A stretch of 64,000 bases of DNA from Oceanotoga teriensis (GTDB taxonomy: Bacteria; Thermotogota; Thermotogae; Petrotogales; Petrotogaceae). Every line of letters begins with the position of its first letter. The first letter of the stretch is position 1. The notes under the pieces were generated by a model, which saw nothing but the letters and a program-made list of their open reading frames with translations, was not told the origin of the DNA and searched no databases. The stretch lies in assembly GCF_003148465.1 (NCBI RefSeq), contig NZ_QGGI01000003.1, positions 91,940 to 155,939 on the forward strand, given 5' to 3'. The position numbers and the translations under genes are program-made. Shown one piece after another: positions 1 through 10,096 of this stretch.

Positions 1-305
1 ATAGTGCTTATGCAGACTTAAGAGTTAAAGATAATTATTCCAGTATAAATGAAATACATTTTGATACTGCGATAACAAGATTATATTATGAAAATCAAGG
101 AGATATGAAATATCTTAAATTAATATCAAATTCAGCAATTTTTAAGGCTGATATAGATGTTTTAGAAAATACAAGATATGATTATAATAAATCAACAGCA
201 ATATTTACAAGAAATATAAATGGAATGAACAGAGATAGAGATATGCCACAACTCTATTTAGATATAAACACTGCAATTTCGAATATTGATATATATTAAT
301 TAAAG

Positions 306-345
306 AATGATTTTCATTGTACTTTAATGAAAATCATTTTTTTTA
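306..345 (+). terminator. rho-independent terminator between convergent ORFs
   Basis: 13-bp stem AAUGAUUUUCAUU/AAUGAAAAUCAUU followed by a U-run. Confidence 0.6.
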
Positions 346-346
346 T

Positions 347-1018
347 TTATTTTTTGAATTCTATCACATTGCCTAATAATTTTATAGTATTATTATTTAT
401 TATAAGTCCGCCTTCATTAGTTAAAGCATATACTTTTTCAACTTTTTCTTTTAAAGCTCTTTTTATAGAATCATTTTGAGATTTAGTATCATTATAATGA
501 ACTTCTATCATGAAATTACTATTTATTAATTTTAATCCATCATAATAATTGAATTTATCATATCCGAAATTTTCATCTGGAGAAGCAAAATATTCATTAA
601 ATTGCATCAATGCTCCAGCACTTGCACCTATTACAACTTTTGATTTTTTAATAGAATTCACAAGATTTTTTTTAATAATTCTTTTTACAGCTTTTTTTGT
701 ATAACCTCCAGTTAAAAATACAATATCAGATTTTTCAATTATACTAATCATTTCATCATTATCCTGAGCATAGTAATTTAACCATTTTATATTATTTTCT
801 TTGATATTGAAATCTAAAAATTGTTTTATTATTATATTATAATAGCTTCCAGTTTCTTTTGAATAAGCTTTTTGCCATTCTGTATCATTAGAAATTTCAT
901 TTTCTGAGAATGAAAAAGGAATTATAACAACATTATAATCACTATTTAAATATTTAAAAACTTCATTCTTTATCCAATTTTCATTTAATCTATATTCACT
1001 CAACAGTATATTTACCAT
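347..1018 (-). CDS. peptidase S51 (dipeptidase E / cyanophycinase-like)
   Basis: FLTGG and GASAGA serine-hydrolase motifs; 223 aa. Confidence 0.55.
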   Translation of the reverse strand: MVNILLSEYRLNENWIKNEVFKYLNSDYNVVIIPFSFSENEISNDTEWQKAYSKETGSYYNIIIKQFLDFNIKENNIKWLNYYAQDNDEMISIIEKSDIVFLTGGYTKKAVKRIIKKNLVNSIKKSKVVIGASAGALMQFNEYFASPDENFGYDKFNYYDGLKLINSNFMIEVHYNDTKSQNDSIKRALKEKVEKVYALTNEGGLIINNNTIKLLGNVIEFKK

Positions 1019-1105
1019 TAAATCACCTTCTTATTTTTAAAATTAATATATATATGATAACATAACTTTATAATTTTAAAAAAATTATAAATGGAGAAGA
1101 TAATT

Positions 1106-1450
1106 ATGAATGTTATAAGGGGAGCTACATCGATAAAATTTAATGACTATGATTCTATAAAAAAAAGTATTTTAGAACTTTATAATGAAATATTAAATAA
1201 AAATAAAATAGAAAAAGTGTATAGTATAATAGCAACAGTTACACCGGATATAACAGCCTTTAATCCTGTAACTTTTTTGAGAAAAGAATTTAATTTAAAC
1301 GATGTAGCATTTATGTGTGTACAAGAAGCAATGTTTGAAAATTCACCAAAAAAAATTATAAGGCTTTTAATAAATTGTGAAAGTGAAACTTCTAATTTCA
1401 TTTATTTAAATGAAGCAAAAAAATTAAGACCAGATTTAATGGGAGAGTAA
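1106..1450 (+). CDS. aroH: monofunctional chorismate mutase, AroH class
   Basis: N-terminal MNVIRGATS resembles B. subtilis AroH MMIRGIRGATT; ends RPDL; GGAGAAG RBS before the ATG at 1106, so the track start at 1091 is probably too early. Confidence 0.7.
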   Translation: MNVIRGATSIKFNDYDSIKKSILELYNEILNKNKIEKVYSIIATVTPDITAFNPVTFLRKEFNLNDVAFMCVQEAMFENSPKKIIRLLINCESETSNFIYLNEAKKLRPDLMGE

Positions 1451-1451
1451 A

Positions 1452-2279
1452 ATGTCTAAATTAATAGTTGAAAAAAAAGATAAATTTGAAAAAGGTATAG
1501 ATATAAAAATAGATACTACTATTATAAGTCAGAATAATATGACTTTTATAGCAGGTCCTTGTTCTGTTGAAGATAAAATAATCATGGATGAAATTGCTCA
1601 TTTTTTAAAAGAACAAAATGTTTTTTTTATAAGAGGAGGAGCTTATAAGCCAAGAACTTCACCATATTCATTTCAAGGTTATGGTGTAAAAGGTCTTGAG
1701 ATAATAAGAGAAGTTGCAAATAAATATAAATTAAAAGTTGTAACAGAAGCAAATAGCGAAAAAAATTTAGAAATGGTGAAAAAATATTCAGATATAATAC
1801 AAATTGGTTCAAGAAATTCACAAAATTTTGAATTATTGAAACAAGTTGCAAAAACTGACAAACCGATACTTTTAAAAAGAGGTTTTATGAATAATCTAGA
1901 AGAATTTATTTATTCAGCAGAATATATAGCAAAAGAAAATAATAAAAATATAATATTATGTGAAAGAGGAATAAGAACATTTGAAAATTCAACACGTAAT
2001 ACATTAGATATATCATCAATTCCTATTTTAAAACGAAGAACAATTCTTCCAATCATCTCTGATCCAAGTCATGCAGCTGGAAGAAGAGATATAATAGAAG
2101 AATTAACTTATGCTTCTATTGCTGCTGGAGCAAATGGAATAATGCTTGAAATACATCCAAAACCTGAAATTGCAATATCAGATTCAAATCAAACGATTGA
2201 TTTTAGAACATTTGAAAGAATATATAAAAACTCTCAAGCCTTATTTAAAATTATTCAAGAGGTTAATCATGAAAAGTGA
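1452..2279 (+). CDS. aroF: 3-deoxy-7-phosphoheptulonate (DAHP) synthase, type I-beta
   Basis: KDO8P/DAHP synthase fold motifs ([23 protein letters not shown]); first gene of the aro operon. Confidence 0.85.
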   Translation: MSKLIVEKKDKFEKGIDIKIDTTIISQNNMTFIAGPCSVEDKIIMDEIAHFLKEQNVFFIRGGAYKPRTSPYSFQGYGVKGLEIIREVANKYKLKVVTEANSEKNLEMVKKYSDIIQIGSRNSQNFELLKQVAKTDKPILLKRGFMNNLEEFIYSAEYIAKENNKNIILCERGIRTFENSTRNTLDISSIPILKRRTILPIISDPSHAAGRRDIIEELTYASIAAGANGIMLEIHPKPEIAISDSNQTIDFRTFERIYKNSQALFKIIQEVNHEK

Positions 2280-3525
2280 GAAAATACTTCCTTTAAAAAA
2301 AATAAAAAAAATTATATATATTCCTTATGATAAATCTATAACACACAGAGGTCTTATATTTTCAGTTATATCTAAAAATAAAAGTGTTATAATAAATCCT
2401 TTAAAAGCTTTAGATACATTGAGTACATTAAAAATTTTAACAAAACTTGATTGTAAAATAACAGAAAAAAATGACTACTTAGAAATAATTCCACCAAAAA
2501 AAATATTTTCTTTAGTACCACTTGATTGTGGGAATTCTGGAACGACTGCAAGACTTATGATTGGAATGTTATCTTCTTTAAAAGGTTCTTTTCAATTGAT
2601 AGGTGATGATTCTCTATCTAAAAGACCTATGAAAAGAATAATAGAACCAATATTAAAAAATGGTGGAGAAATAATATCTGATGATAATTTTTTGCCAATA
2701 ATTATAAAAGGTAAAAAAATAAAAAAAATAGAATATGATTTAAAAATTGCAAGTGCACAAGTTAAAAGTGGTCTGATACTATGTGGTTTGAATTGCAAAG
2801 AACAGTCTATTATACGTGGAAGAATAGATAGTAGAGATCATACAGAAAGAATATTGAGTGCTTTTAATTGTGATTTACAAATAAACTCAAAAAATATAAT
2901 AATAAATCCTTCGAGGCCAAAAGATATAGTACTAAAAATCCCTGGAGACTTCTCATCTGCTTCTTTTTTTATAACTCTTGGTGTTCTTCATAAAAATGCT
3001 GAAATAATATTAAAAAATATAGGATTAAATCCTTCAAGAACAGGATATTTAAATATTTTAAAAAAAATGGGTGCGGATATAGAAATAAATTTAAAAGATG
3101 ATATAGAACCTTATGGAGATATAAAAGTGAGAAGTTCAAAATTAAAAAATGTGAATATACCTAATGAAATTATTCCTAATATCATAGATGAAATACCTCT
3201 ATTATCACTTTGTGGAGCATTATCTCAGGGTGAATTTAAAATAAATGATATATCAGAATTAAGATTAAAAGAAAGTGATAGAATAAGATCTATAACAGAA
3301 AATTTTAAAAATATAGGTTTAAAAGTAATTGAGAAAAATGAAACTTTAATTATAAAAGGTGATCAAAAAATAAAGGGAGGAATTTTTAACTCTTTTAAAG
3401 ATCATAGAATAGCAATGCTCGGAGGAATTTGTGGTTTGCTGAGTGAAGAAGGAGTTGAAATAAAAGATTCTGAATGTGTAAATATATCTTTTCCAAATTT
3501 TTTTGATATAATAAAACAATTATGA
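2269..3525 (+). CDS. aroA: 3-phosphoshikimate 1-carboxyvinyltransferase (EPSP synthase)
   Basis: EPSPS-length core; ATG at 2269 overlaps the aroF stop, and the longer track ORF is an in-frame read-through of the aroF 3' end. Confidence 0.85.
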   Translation: MKSEKILPLKKIKKIIYIPYDKSITHRGLIFSVISKNKSVIINPLKALDTLSTLKILTKLDCKITEKNDYLEIIPPKKIFSLVPLDCGNSGTTARLMIGMLSSLKGSFQLIGDDSLSKRPMKRIIEPILKNGGEIISDDNFLPIIIKGKKIKKIEYDLKIASAQVKSGLILCGLNCKEQSIIRGRIDSRDHTERILSAFNCDLQINSKNIIINPSRPKDIVLKIPGDFSSASFFITLGVLHKNAEIILKNIGLNPSRTGYLNILKKMGADIEINLKDDIEPYGDIKVRSSKLKNVNIPNEIIPNIIDEIPLLSLCGALSQGEFKINDISELRLKESDRIRSITENFKNIGLKVIEKNETLIIKGDQKIKGGIFNSFKDHRIAMLGGICGLLSEEGVEIKDSECVNISFPNFFDIIKQL

Positions 3526-3532
3526 TCAGAGG

Positions 3533-4330
3533 GTGATTAAAATTAAAAATAAATATAAATATGCTCTTATTCAATACCCAAAAAAACAGTCAATATCTTA
3601 TAAAATTTTAAATGAATATTTTAAAATTATGAATTTCGATTGTGAATATTTTGATCTAAGCCTATCAAAAGATATATTTGAAAGGTATATAGCTAAGATA
3701 TTAAATAAATCAGAAGGTTTAAATATAACAGTTCCTTATAAAGAAAAAATAATAGATTATATAGATCCTGATCAAGATGTGAAAAATATAAAAGCTTGTA
3801 ATTTAGTATATAAAAATAAAGGTTATAACACAGATTGGATAGGTTTTTATGAAACAATAAAAGATTTTGACTTTAAAGATAAAAATATTTTGATTTTAGG
3901 TGCTGGAGGAGCTGCAAAAGCTATAATTTATGCTTTATATAAAAAAGGAATAAAAAATATAGATTTAATAAATAGGACTTATTCAAACTCTTGCATATTA
4001 AAAGAAGATATGAAACAATTTATAGATATAAACACATATAAAAAAGAAAAAATAAATGAAATAATTTTAAAAAATAATTTTTTAATAAACTGTACATCTG
4101 TTGGAATGTATGATCAAAGATTTGAATTTAATTATAATCTTTTAAGTAAATATAGTTTTATATATGACATAGTATATAAAGATACAGAACTTATAAAGTA
4201 TGCAAATAATAAAAAAATAAATAATAAAAATGGTTTTGACATGTGGAAAAATCAAGCAATAGAAAACTTAAAAATATGGAAAATATATGATAATAAATTT
4301 GAAGGAGTGATCAAATGTTTGAAAACATAA
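3533..4330 (+). CDS. aroE: shikimate 5-dehydrogenase
   Basis: ILGAGGAAKA NADP-binding motif; operon context. Confidence 0.8.
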   Translation: MIKIKNKYKYALIQYPKKQSISYKILNEYFKIMNFDCEYFDLSLSKDIFERYIAKILNKSEGLNITVPYKEKIIDYIDPDQDVKNIKACNLVYKNKGYNTDWIGFYETIKDFDFKDKNILILGAGGAAKAIIYALYKKGIKNIDLINRTYSNSCILKEDMKQFIDINTYKKEKINEIILKNNFLINCTSVGMYDQRFEFNYNLLSKYSFIYDIVYKDTELIKYANNKKINNKNGFDMWKNQAIENLKIWKIYDNKFEGVIKCLKT

Positions 4331-5001
4331 AAATGGTACTGTTTGATTTAGATCATACTTTGTGGGATTTTGATAAAAATCATGAAATCGCCTTAAAAAA
4401 TACATATGATAAATATATAAAGAAAGATATAAACTTCGATGAATTACATTTATATTATAATAAAATTAATCATAAACTTTGGGAAAAATATAGAAAAGAG
4501 CAAATAACTCAAGTTGAACTTAGAACTCAAAGATTTAAAATTGTTTTTGAACATTTTGATATAAAACTTGAAGATAAAATTAAAGAAATAGATGCTTTTT
4601 ATCTCAATTCATTATCACAACAAAAAGAAACGATAAATGGAAGCTTTGAGATAATAGATTATTTAAATAATAATTATGAAATAGGAATTTTGACGAATGG
4701 GTTCGAATCGACTCAACATAAAAAAATGAAAAGTTCAGGACTTGATAAACACTTTAATTTTATTATAACTTCTGATAAAGCAAATGCTTTAAAACCAAAC
4801 AAAAAAATATTTGAATATACTGCTTCAAAAGCAGGACATGATATAAAAGATATAGTATATATTGGAGACGATTTTGAAAATGATATACTCGGGGCTTTAA
4901 ATGCTAATATGAAAGCTATATGGTTTGATCTTTATAAAGAAGGTAAAAAAGATAATATAATAAGTGTTCAAAATTTAATAGAAATAAAAAATATACTTTA
5001 A
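4315..5001 (+). CDS. HAD-superfamily hydrolase (YjjG-like)
   Basis: DLDHTLWDF motif I and GDDFENDI motif IV. Confidence 0.6.
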   Translation: MFENIKMVLFDLDHTLWDFDKNHEIALKNTYDKYIKKDINFDELHLYYNKINHKLWEKYRKEQITQVELRTQRFKIVFEHFDIKLEDKIKEIDAFYLNSLSQQKETINGSFEIIDYLNNNYEIGILTNGFESTQHKKMKSSGLDKHFNFIITSDKANALKPNKKIFEYTASKAGHDIKDIVYIGDDFENDILGALNANMKAIWFDLYKEGKKDNIISVQNLIEIKNIL

Positions 5002-5071
5002 TACAGCTTTTGATTAAGCTGTATTTTTTTAAATAAATTTATTGTATAATAAATTTATGGTAGGTGATAAT

Positions 5072-6166
5072 ATGTTTAATATTGAAATAGCTGGAGATTC
5101 TCATGGAAAGTATATGATGGGTATTATAAAAGGAATACCAGCTGGTATCAAATTAGATTTAAATTATATAAAAAAAGATTTAAAACTCAGAAAAAATACT
5201 TATGGTAGAGGAAAAAGAATGAACCTTGAGGATGATAATATTTTAATCAATTCAGGAATTTATAATGATTTAACAACGGGAGCACCAATAAGTTTAATTA
5301 TAGAAAACAAAGGAAAAAACACTGAAAATAAAGAACGTTTTATACCAAGGCCTGGTCATGGTGATTATACGGGATATAAAAAATATGGAATTAAAGATTT
5401 AAATATTTATACTGAAAGAAACTCTGCAAGATGGACAGTTGTATTAACAGCAATAGGAAGTATATGTAGACAGATACTTGAACTTTTTGATATAAAAATA
5501 TCTGGATATACAAAGTCGATAGGTTATTTAGAAGATAAAAAAGAATATAGTTTTGAAGAAATAGAAGATTATTCAAAGAATAATCTTTATATATTAGATG
5601 AAGAATTTTATGAAAAAGCTATAAAATATATAGATGAGATAAAAGAAAAAAAAGATTCAATTGGTGGAAAAGTAAAAATAATATCAAAAAATGTAATTCC
5701 TGGACTTGGAAGTTATTCAGACTACTTCAATAAAATAGATTCTAAAATAGGAAAATATTTCATGTCGATTCCTTCAGTAAAAGGTGTTTTGATTGGAAAA
5801 GACAAATTTAAAGAACTTGGAAGCGATTATAATGATGAATTTATTTTTAAAAATCAAAAAATATCAAGAAAAAGTAATAATGTTGGTGGTATAGAAGCTG
5901 GATTAACAAATGGAGAAGAAATAGAAGTTGAACTATCTTTAAAACCTATTCCTACAATACTTAAAAATATGAATTCTGTAGATTTAAAAAGTTTAAAAAA
6001 TGAAAAAACTTCTTATATAAGATCTGATAATGTTGTTGTATCATCTATGGTTCCTATAGGAATATCAACTATGAGTATTATAATATTAGAAGAAATATTC
6101 AATAATTTTGGAGATGATAATATAGAATTTATTAAAAATAGATATTTTGAAAAGAAGGGATTTTAA
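5072..6166 (+). CDS. aroC: chorismate synthase
   Basis: N-terminal FNIEIAGDSHGK matches the AroC MRxxTxGESHG pattern; GGTAGGTGA RBS before the ATG at 5072. Confidence 0.85.
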   Translation: MFNIEIAGDSHGKYMMGIIKGIPAGIKLDLNYIKKDLKLRKNTYGRGKRMNLEDDNILINSGIYNDLTTGAPISLIIENKGKNTENKERFIPRPGHGDYTGYKKYGIKDLNIYTERNSARWTVVLTAIGSICRQILELFDIKISGYTKSIGYLEDKKEYSFEEIEDYSKNNLYILDEEFYEKAIKYIDEIKEKKDSIGGKVKIISKNVIPGLGSYSDYFNKIDSKIGKYFMSIPSVKGVLIGKDKFKELGSDYNDEFIFKNQKISRKSNNVGGIEAGLTNGEEIEVELSLKPIPTILKNMNSVDLKSLKNEKTSYIRSDNVVVSSMVPIGISTMSIIILEEIFNNFGDDNIEFIKNRYFEKKGF

Positions 6167-7650
6167 TGGCTTTTTTTATAGTAGGCATGATGGGTTCAGG
6201 AAAAACTACTATTGGTAAAAAAATATCTAAAATATTGAATATGAAGTTTATAGATATGGACTCTTATATAGAAGCACTTGAATCTAAGAGCATAAGAGAT
6301 ATTTTTAATGAAAAAGGAGAAATATATTTTAGAACACTTGAAACAAAAACCTTAAATCTTTTGAAAGATAAAGAAATAATAGTTTCATGTGGTGGTGGAG
6401 TCATTTTAAAAAAAGAAAATAGAGAAATATTGAAAAAATATAAAACAGTTTTTTTAGATACAGATCTCCAACTGATAAAAAATAGAATGAATTCTAAAGA
6501 AGAAATAGAAAAAAGACCTCTTTTAAAAAAAGAAAGTATAGAAAATATTTTTGAAAAAAGAAAAAACTATTATAATAAATTTAAAACTTTCAAATATGAT
6601 ATTAAAACTGAAGATAATTATATAATTTCAAGAATTATAAGGTATTTTTTAGATGAAAATCAAATTATTTCAGAAGATAACTCTATACAAAATTATAAAA
6701 TAATTCTCAATTATAAAGTCGAAGAACTTGAAGATACTTTTATAATGAGCGAAAAAGTTAATCAAATTTATGGCAAAAAAATATCAAAAAAAATAATATT
6801 AGAAAATGGTGAAAAATCTAAAAGTATAGAAAATTTTCAAAAGATAATGAATTATTTAGTGGAAAAATCTAAAAATAGATCACATACCCTTGTGGGATTT
6901 GGTGGAGGTACTATAACAGACATAACAGGTTATTCTGCATCTGTTTATAAAAGAGGCATGAAATTGAAATTAATTCCAACTACTTTATTGTCTCAAGTTG
7001 ATGCAGCAATAGGAGGTAAGAATGGTATAGATTATAAGGGTTATAAAAATATAATAGGTACATTCAAATATCCAGAAATTACAATCATTGATCCTCTTTT
7101 TATTTTAACTCTCGATGAATCAGATTATATACAAGGTTTAGTAGAAGCTTTTAAAATAAATCTTTTATCTGGAGAAGGATTTGAAATATTTGAAAAAGAA
7201 TATGAAAATATTTTAAATAGAAATATAAATTCTGTTTTAAAGATTATAAATAATAGTATAAAACAAAAAATAAATATTGTAAAAAAGGATTTTGAAGATA
7301 AAGGAATAAGGAATATTTTAAACTATGGACATACTCTTGGTCATGCTTTTGAGTCCATAACCGGGAAACCTCATGGTTTATCTGTTGCATGGGGTATTAG
7401 AAAAGAAAATGAAATTCTTAAAAAAAAGGGTATAATGGATGATCATACCTTTTATTATATAGATAGAATTCTAATAAAAATTGTTGGAGAAGAACTATTA
7501 AATATAAATATAGAAAGCAAAAATCTAAAAGATTTTATAATAAATGATAAAAAAATAAATAGAAATAAAATAAATTTAATTTCTATAATTAAACCTGGAA
7601 GTTATGAGCTATTAAATATAGATTTAAAAGATTTTTTGGAGATGATATGA
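6166..7650 (+). CDS. aroKB: bifunctional shikimate kinase / 3-dehydroquinate synthase
   Basis: N-terminal P-loop GMMGSGKTT (AroK) fused to a DHQ synthase core (GGGxxxD, HTLGHA); 494 aa. Confidence 0.8.
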   Translation: MAFFIVGMMGSGKTTIGKKISKILNMKFIDMDSYIEALESKSIRDIFNEKGEIYFRTLETKTLNLLKDKEIIVSCGGGVILKKENREILKKYKTVFLDTDLQLIKNRMNSKEEIEKRPLLKKESIENIFEKRKNYYNKFKTFKYDIKTEDNYIISRIIRYFLDENQIISEDNSIQNYKIILNYKVEELEDTFIMSEKVNQIYGKKISKKIILENGEKSKSIENFQKIMNYLVEKSKNRSHTLVGFGGGTITDITGYSASVYKRGMKLKLIPTTLLSQVDAAIGGKNGIDYKGYKNIIGTFKYPEITIIDPLFILTLDESDYIQGLVEAFKINLLSGEGFEIFEKEYENILNRNINSVLKIINNSIKQKINIVKKDFEDKGIRNILNYGHTLGHAFESITGKPHGLSVAWGIRKENEILKKKGIMDDHTFYYIDRILIKIVGEELLNINIESKNLKDFIINDKKINRNKINLISIIKPGSYELLNIDLKDFLEMI

Positions 7651-8081
7651 TGATTTTAATTATAAATGGACCAAATTTAAACATGCTTGGAAAGAGAAAT
7701 AAAAATATATATGGTATAAATACGTATGAAGAATTATTTGAAAGTTTAAAAATATGGGGATTAAAAAATGAAATCAAATTAGAAATATTTCAAACAAATC
7801 ATGAAGGAAAAATAATAGATAGAATTCAGAAAGATGATTTTCAAGCTCTTATAATAAATGCAGGAGCTTATTCTCATTATTCTTATGCCATATCTGATGC
7901 ATTAGAAATAATAAAGAAAATCAAAATAGAAGTACATATTTCGAATATATATGCCAGAGAAGAATTTAGACATAATTCTGTTATATCAAAAAATTGTAAT
8001 GGAGTTATATCTGGAATGGGTTTTGATGGCTATTTTATGGCTCTTGACCATATAAAAAAAGTTTTGAAAGGAGATTTTTAA
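7647..8081 (+). CDS. aroQ: type II 3-dehydroquinate dehydratase
   Basis: LIINGPNLNMLGKR N-terminus; 144 aa. Confidence 0.85.
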   Translation: MMILIINGPNLNMLGKRNKNIYGINTYEELFESLKIWGLKNEIKLEIFQTNHEGKIIDRIQKDDFQALIINAGAYSHYSYAISDALEIIKKIKIEVHISNIYAREEFRHNSVISKNCNGVISGMGFDGYFMALDHIKKVLKGDF

Positions 8082-9301
8082 TGAAAAAAATAGAACTTTT
8101 ATCACCAGCTGGAAATTATGAAAAACTTGAAATGGTTTATAATTACGGAGCAGATGCTGCATACATAGGAGGTAAGTTATTTAATTTGAGAGCTTTTGCT
8201 GATAATTTCAATGATGATGAACTTGAAAAAGCTGTAGATCTTGCACATAAATTAAATAAAAAAATATATATAACCTTAAATGTAATACCTCATAATGAAG
8301 ATCTCAAAATTATGCCAGATTACATAAAATATTTAGATTCTTTGAATATAGATGGAGTAATAGTTGCAGATATGGGAGTTTTTCAAATAGTAAAAGAGAA
8401 TTCTGATATTCCAATAAATATTAGTACACAGGCAAGTAATACAAATTGGGCAAGTGTCAAAATGTGGAAAGAACTTGGAGCAAAAAGAGTTATATTAGCC
8501 CGTGAAGTTTCAATAGATGAAATAAAACAAATAAAAGATAAAGTACCAGATATAGAATTAGAAGCTTTTGTCCATGGTGCAATGTGTATGTCAATATCAG
8601 GAAGATGCTTATTAAGCAATTATTTAACAGGAAGAGATGCTAATAGAGGTGCTTGTGCACAGCCATGTAGATGGAAATATTATTTAATGGAAGAAACAAG
8701 ACCTGGAGAATACATGCCTATAACTGAAGATGAAAATGGAACATATATAATGAATTCGAAAGATCTATGCACAATTGAGTTCTTAGATAAAATGATAGAA
8801 TCAGGACTTGACAGTTTAAAAATAGAAGGAAGAATGAAAGGTATATATTATGCAGCCACAACAACAAAAATTTATAGGCAAGCTATAGATAAATATTACT
8901 CAGGAAATTGGAATTTTGAACAAAAATGGTTAGATGATTTAATGACTATAAGTCATAGAAATTATACATCAGGTTTTTATTTTAAAAAACCTGGAACAAA
9001 AGATCATAACTATGATTCATCCAGTTATAAACATACACATAAATTAGTTGGTAAAGTGATAAAAGATCTTGGAAATGATCATTACTTAATAGAAATAAGA
9101 AATAAATTATCAGTGGGAGATCAAGTGGATATAATAAAACCATTAGGAGATCCTATACCTATTAAATTTCCTAAAATGCAAGATAATAAAAATGGTGAAA
9201 ATATAGATACAGCTAATCCAAATACCATTGCAAAAATAAAATCAGATATTAAATTATATGAAAAAGATATAATCAGAAAAAAAATAAAAAAGGTTCAATG
9301 A
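8081..9301 (+). CDS. peptidase U32 family protein
   Basis: U32 N-terminal LLSPAGN...GADAAYIGG; conserved Cys cluster. Confidence 0.7.
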   Translation: MKKIELLSPAGNYEKLEMVYNYGADAAYIGGKLFNLRAFADNFNDDELEKAVDLAHKLNKKIYITLNVIPHNEDLKIMPDYIKYLDSLNIDGVIVADMGVFQIVKENSDIPINISTQASNTNWASVKMWKELGAKRVILAREVSIDEIKQIKDKVPDIELEAFVHGAMCMSISGRCLLSNYLTGRDANRGACAQPCRWKYYLMEETRPGEYMPITEDENGTYIMNSKDLCTIEFLDKMIESGLDSLKIEGRMKGIYYAATTTKIYRQAIDKYYSGNWNFEQKWLDDLMTISHRNYTSGFYFKKPGTKDHNYDSSSYKHTHKLVGKVIKDLGNDHYLIEIRNKLSVGDQVDIIKPLGDPIPIKFPKMQDNKNGENIDTANPNTIAKIKSDIKLYEKDIIRKKIKKVQ

Positions 9302-9322
9302 GAAATCATTGAACCTTTTTTG
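9291..9322 (+). terminator. rho-independent terminator (hairpin spans the stop codon)
   Basis: AGGUUCAAUGAGAAAUCAUUGAACCUUUUUUG. Confidence 0.6.
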
Positions 9323-9853
9323 TCAATAATTTAAAGAAAATTTTAAAGCTCTATCTTGAAGAACTTTTGTTAACCAAGCATATAATGGAACATGTATAGC
9401 CTGTCCTACTATTCTTGGAATTACAGTTACTGTCATAGGTACATTGAATAAAATTTCTATGAATAAAGGAACTAAAATTATAGAAGTAGCGATTTGTCCT
9501 ATTGCTATCGAAAACATTAATGTGAAAAAATTTTTTTTGTTTTTAAAAATATGAACATAAAAAATTCCTGGAATTACTCCGGTTAGTATAGAAGTCATAA
9601 CAAATTGAGGCATAAATGGTCCCATAGGATTTATCAAATAACCCATTATATCTGCAACACCACCAACAATTCCTCCCATTACAGGACCGAATATTAACCC
9701 TGCAAATATTATAGGAAATCCTCCAAATCCAATTCTAACTCCTTCTATAGAACCAATAGCTATTCTTATACTCAAAATTCTTGTCAACACGATAGAAAGT
9801 GCTATTAGTATGGCAGCATAAACAACTTTTCTAGAAGATTTTAATTTTACCAT
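9323..9853 (-). CDS. folT: ECF transporter S component, folate-family
   Basis: 6-TM S-component of about 176 aa directly downstream of a THF riboswitch. Confidence 0.6.
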   Translation of the reverse strand: MVKLKSSRKVVYAAILIALSIVLTRILSIRIAIGSIEGVRIGFGGFPIIFAGLIFGPVMGGIVGGVADIMGYLINPMGPFMPQFVMTSILTGVIPGIFYVHIFKNKKNFFTLMFSIAIGQIATSIILVPLFIEILFNVPMTVTVIPRIVGQAIHVPLYAWLTKVLQDRALKFSLNY

Positions 9854-9859
9854 GTTTCA

Positions 9860-10030
9860 CCTCCTTTTCTCAGCTATTAGGCAGATTACTCTCACCAAAG
9901 CTAAAGAAAAGGATATCTCTACTTTGGTGACAGCGGACGCGATGTCGAACCGCAGCCATTTAAGGGCATTTCGTCACAGGGCAACGTCCCATCCCTGAGC
10001 ACTAAAACGCATGACATCTACTCTGCCACA
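9860..10030 (-). ncRNA. THF (tetrahydrofolate) riboswitch; aptamer about 9926-10030 plus an RBS-sequestering expression platform
   Basis: GC-rich island on the minus strand that matches the E. siraeum THF aptamer almost block for block (AGUAGAUG...GCGUUUUAGUG...GGGAUGGG...ACGAA...GCGG...CAUCGCGUCCGCU); downstream UCCUUUUCU can pair with GAGAAAAGGAGG at the folT RBS. Confidence 0.8.
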
Positions 10031-10096
10031 AATAAAATAATTCTATCATAAAATGAAAAAAATTTCATAAATTAAATTGTAAAGCTTATATTAATT

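Noticed and set aside
2146-2268. Long N-terminal extension of the EPSP synthase ORF (track start 2146)
   Set aside because: The extension is just the aroF 3' end read in another frame. The EPSPS homology begins at the ATG at 2269, which overlaps the aroF stop.
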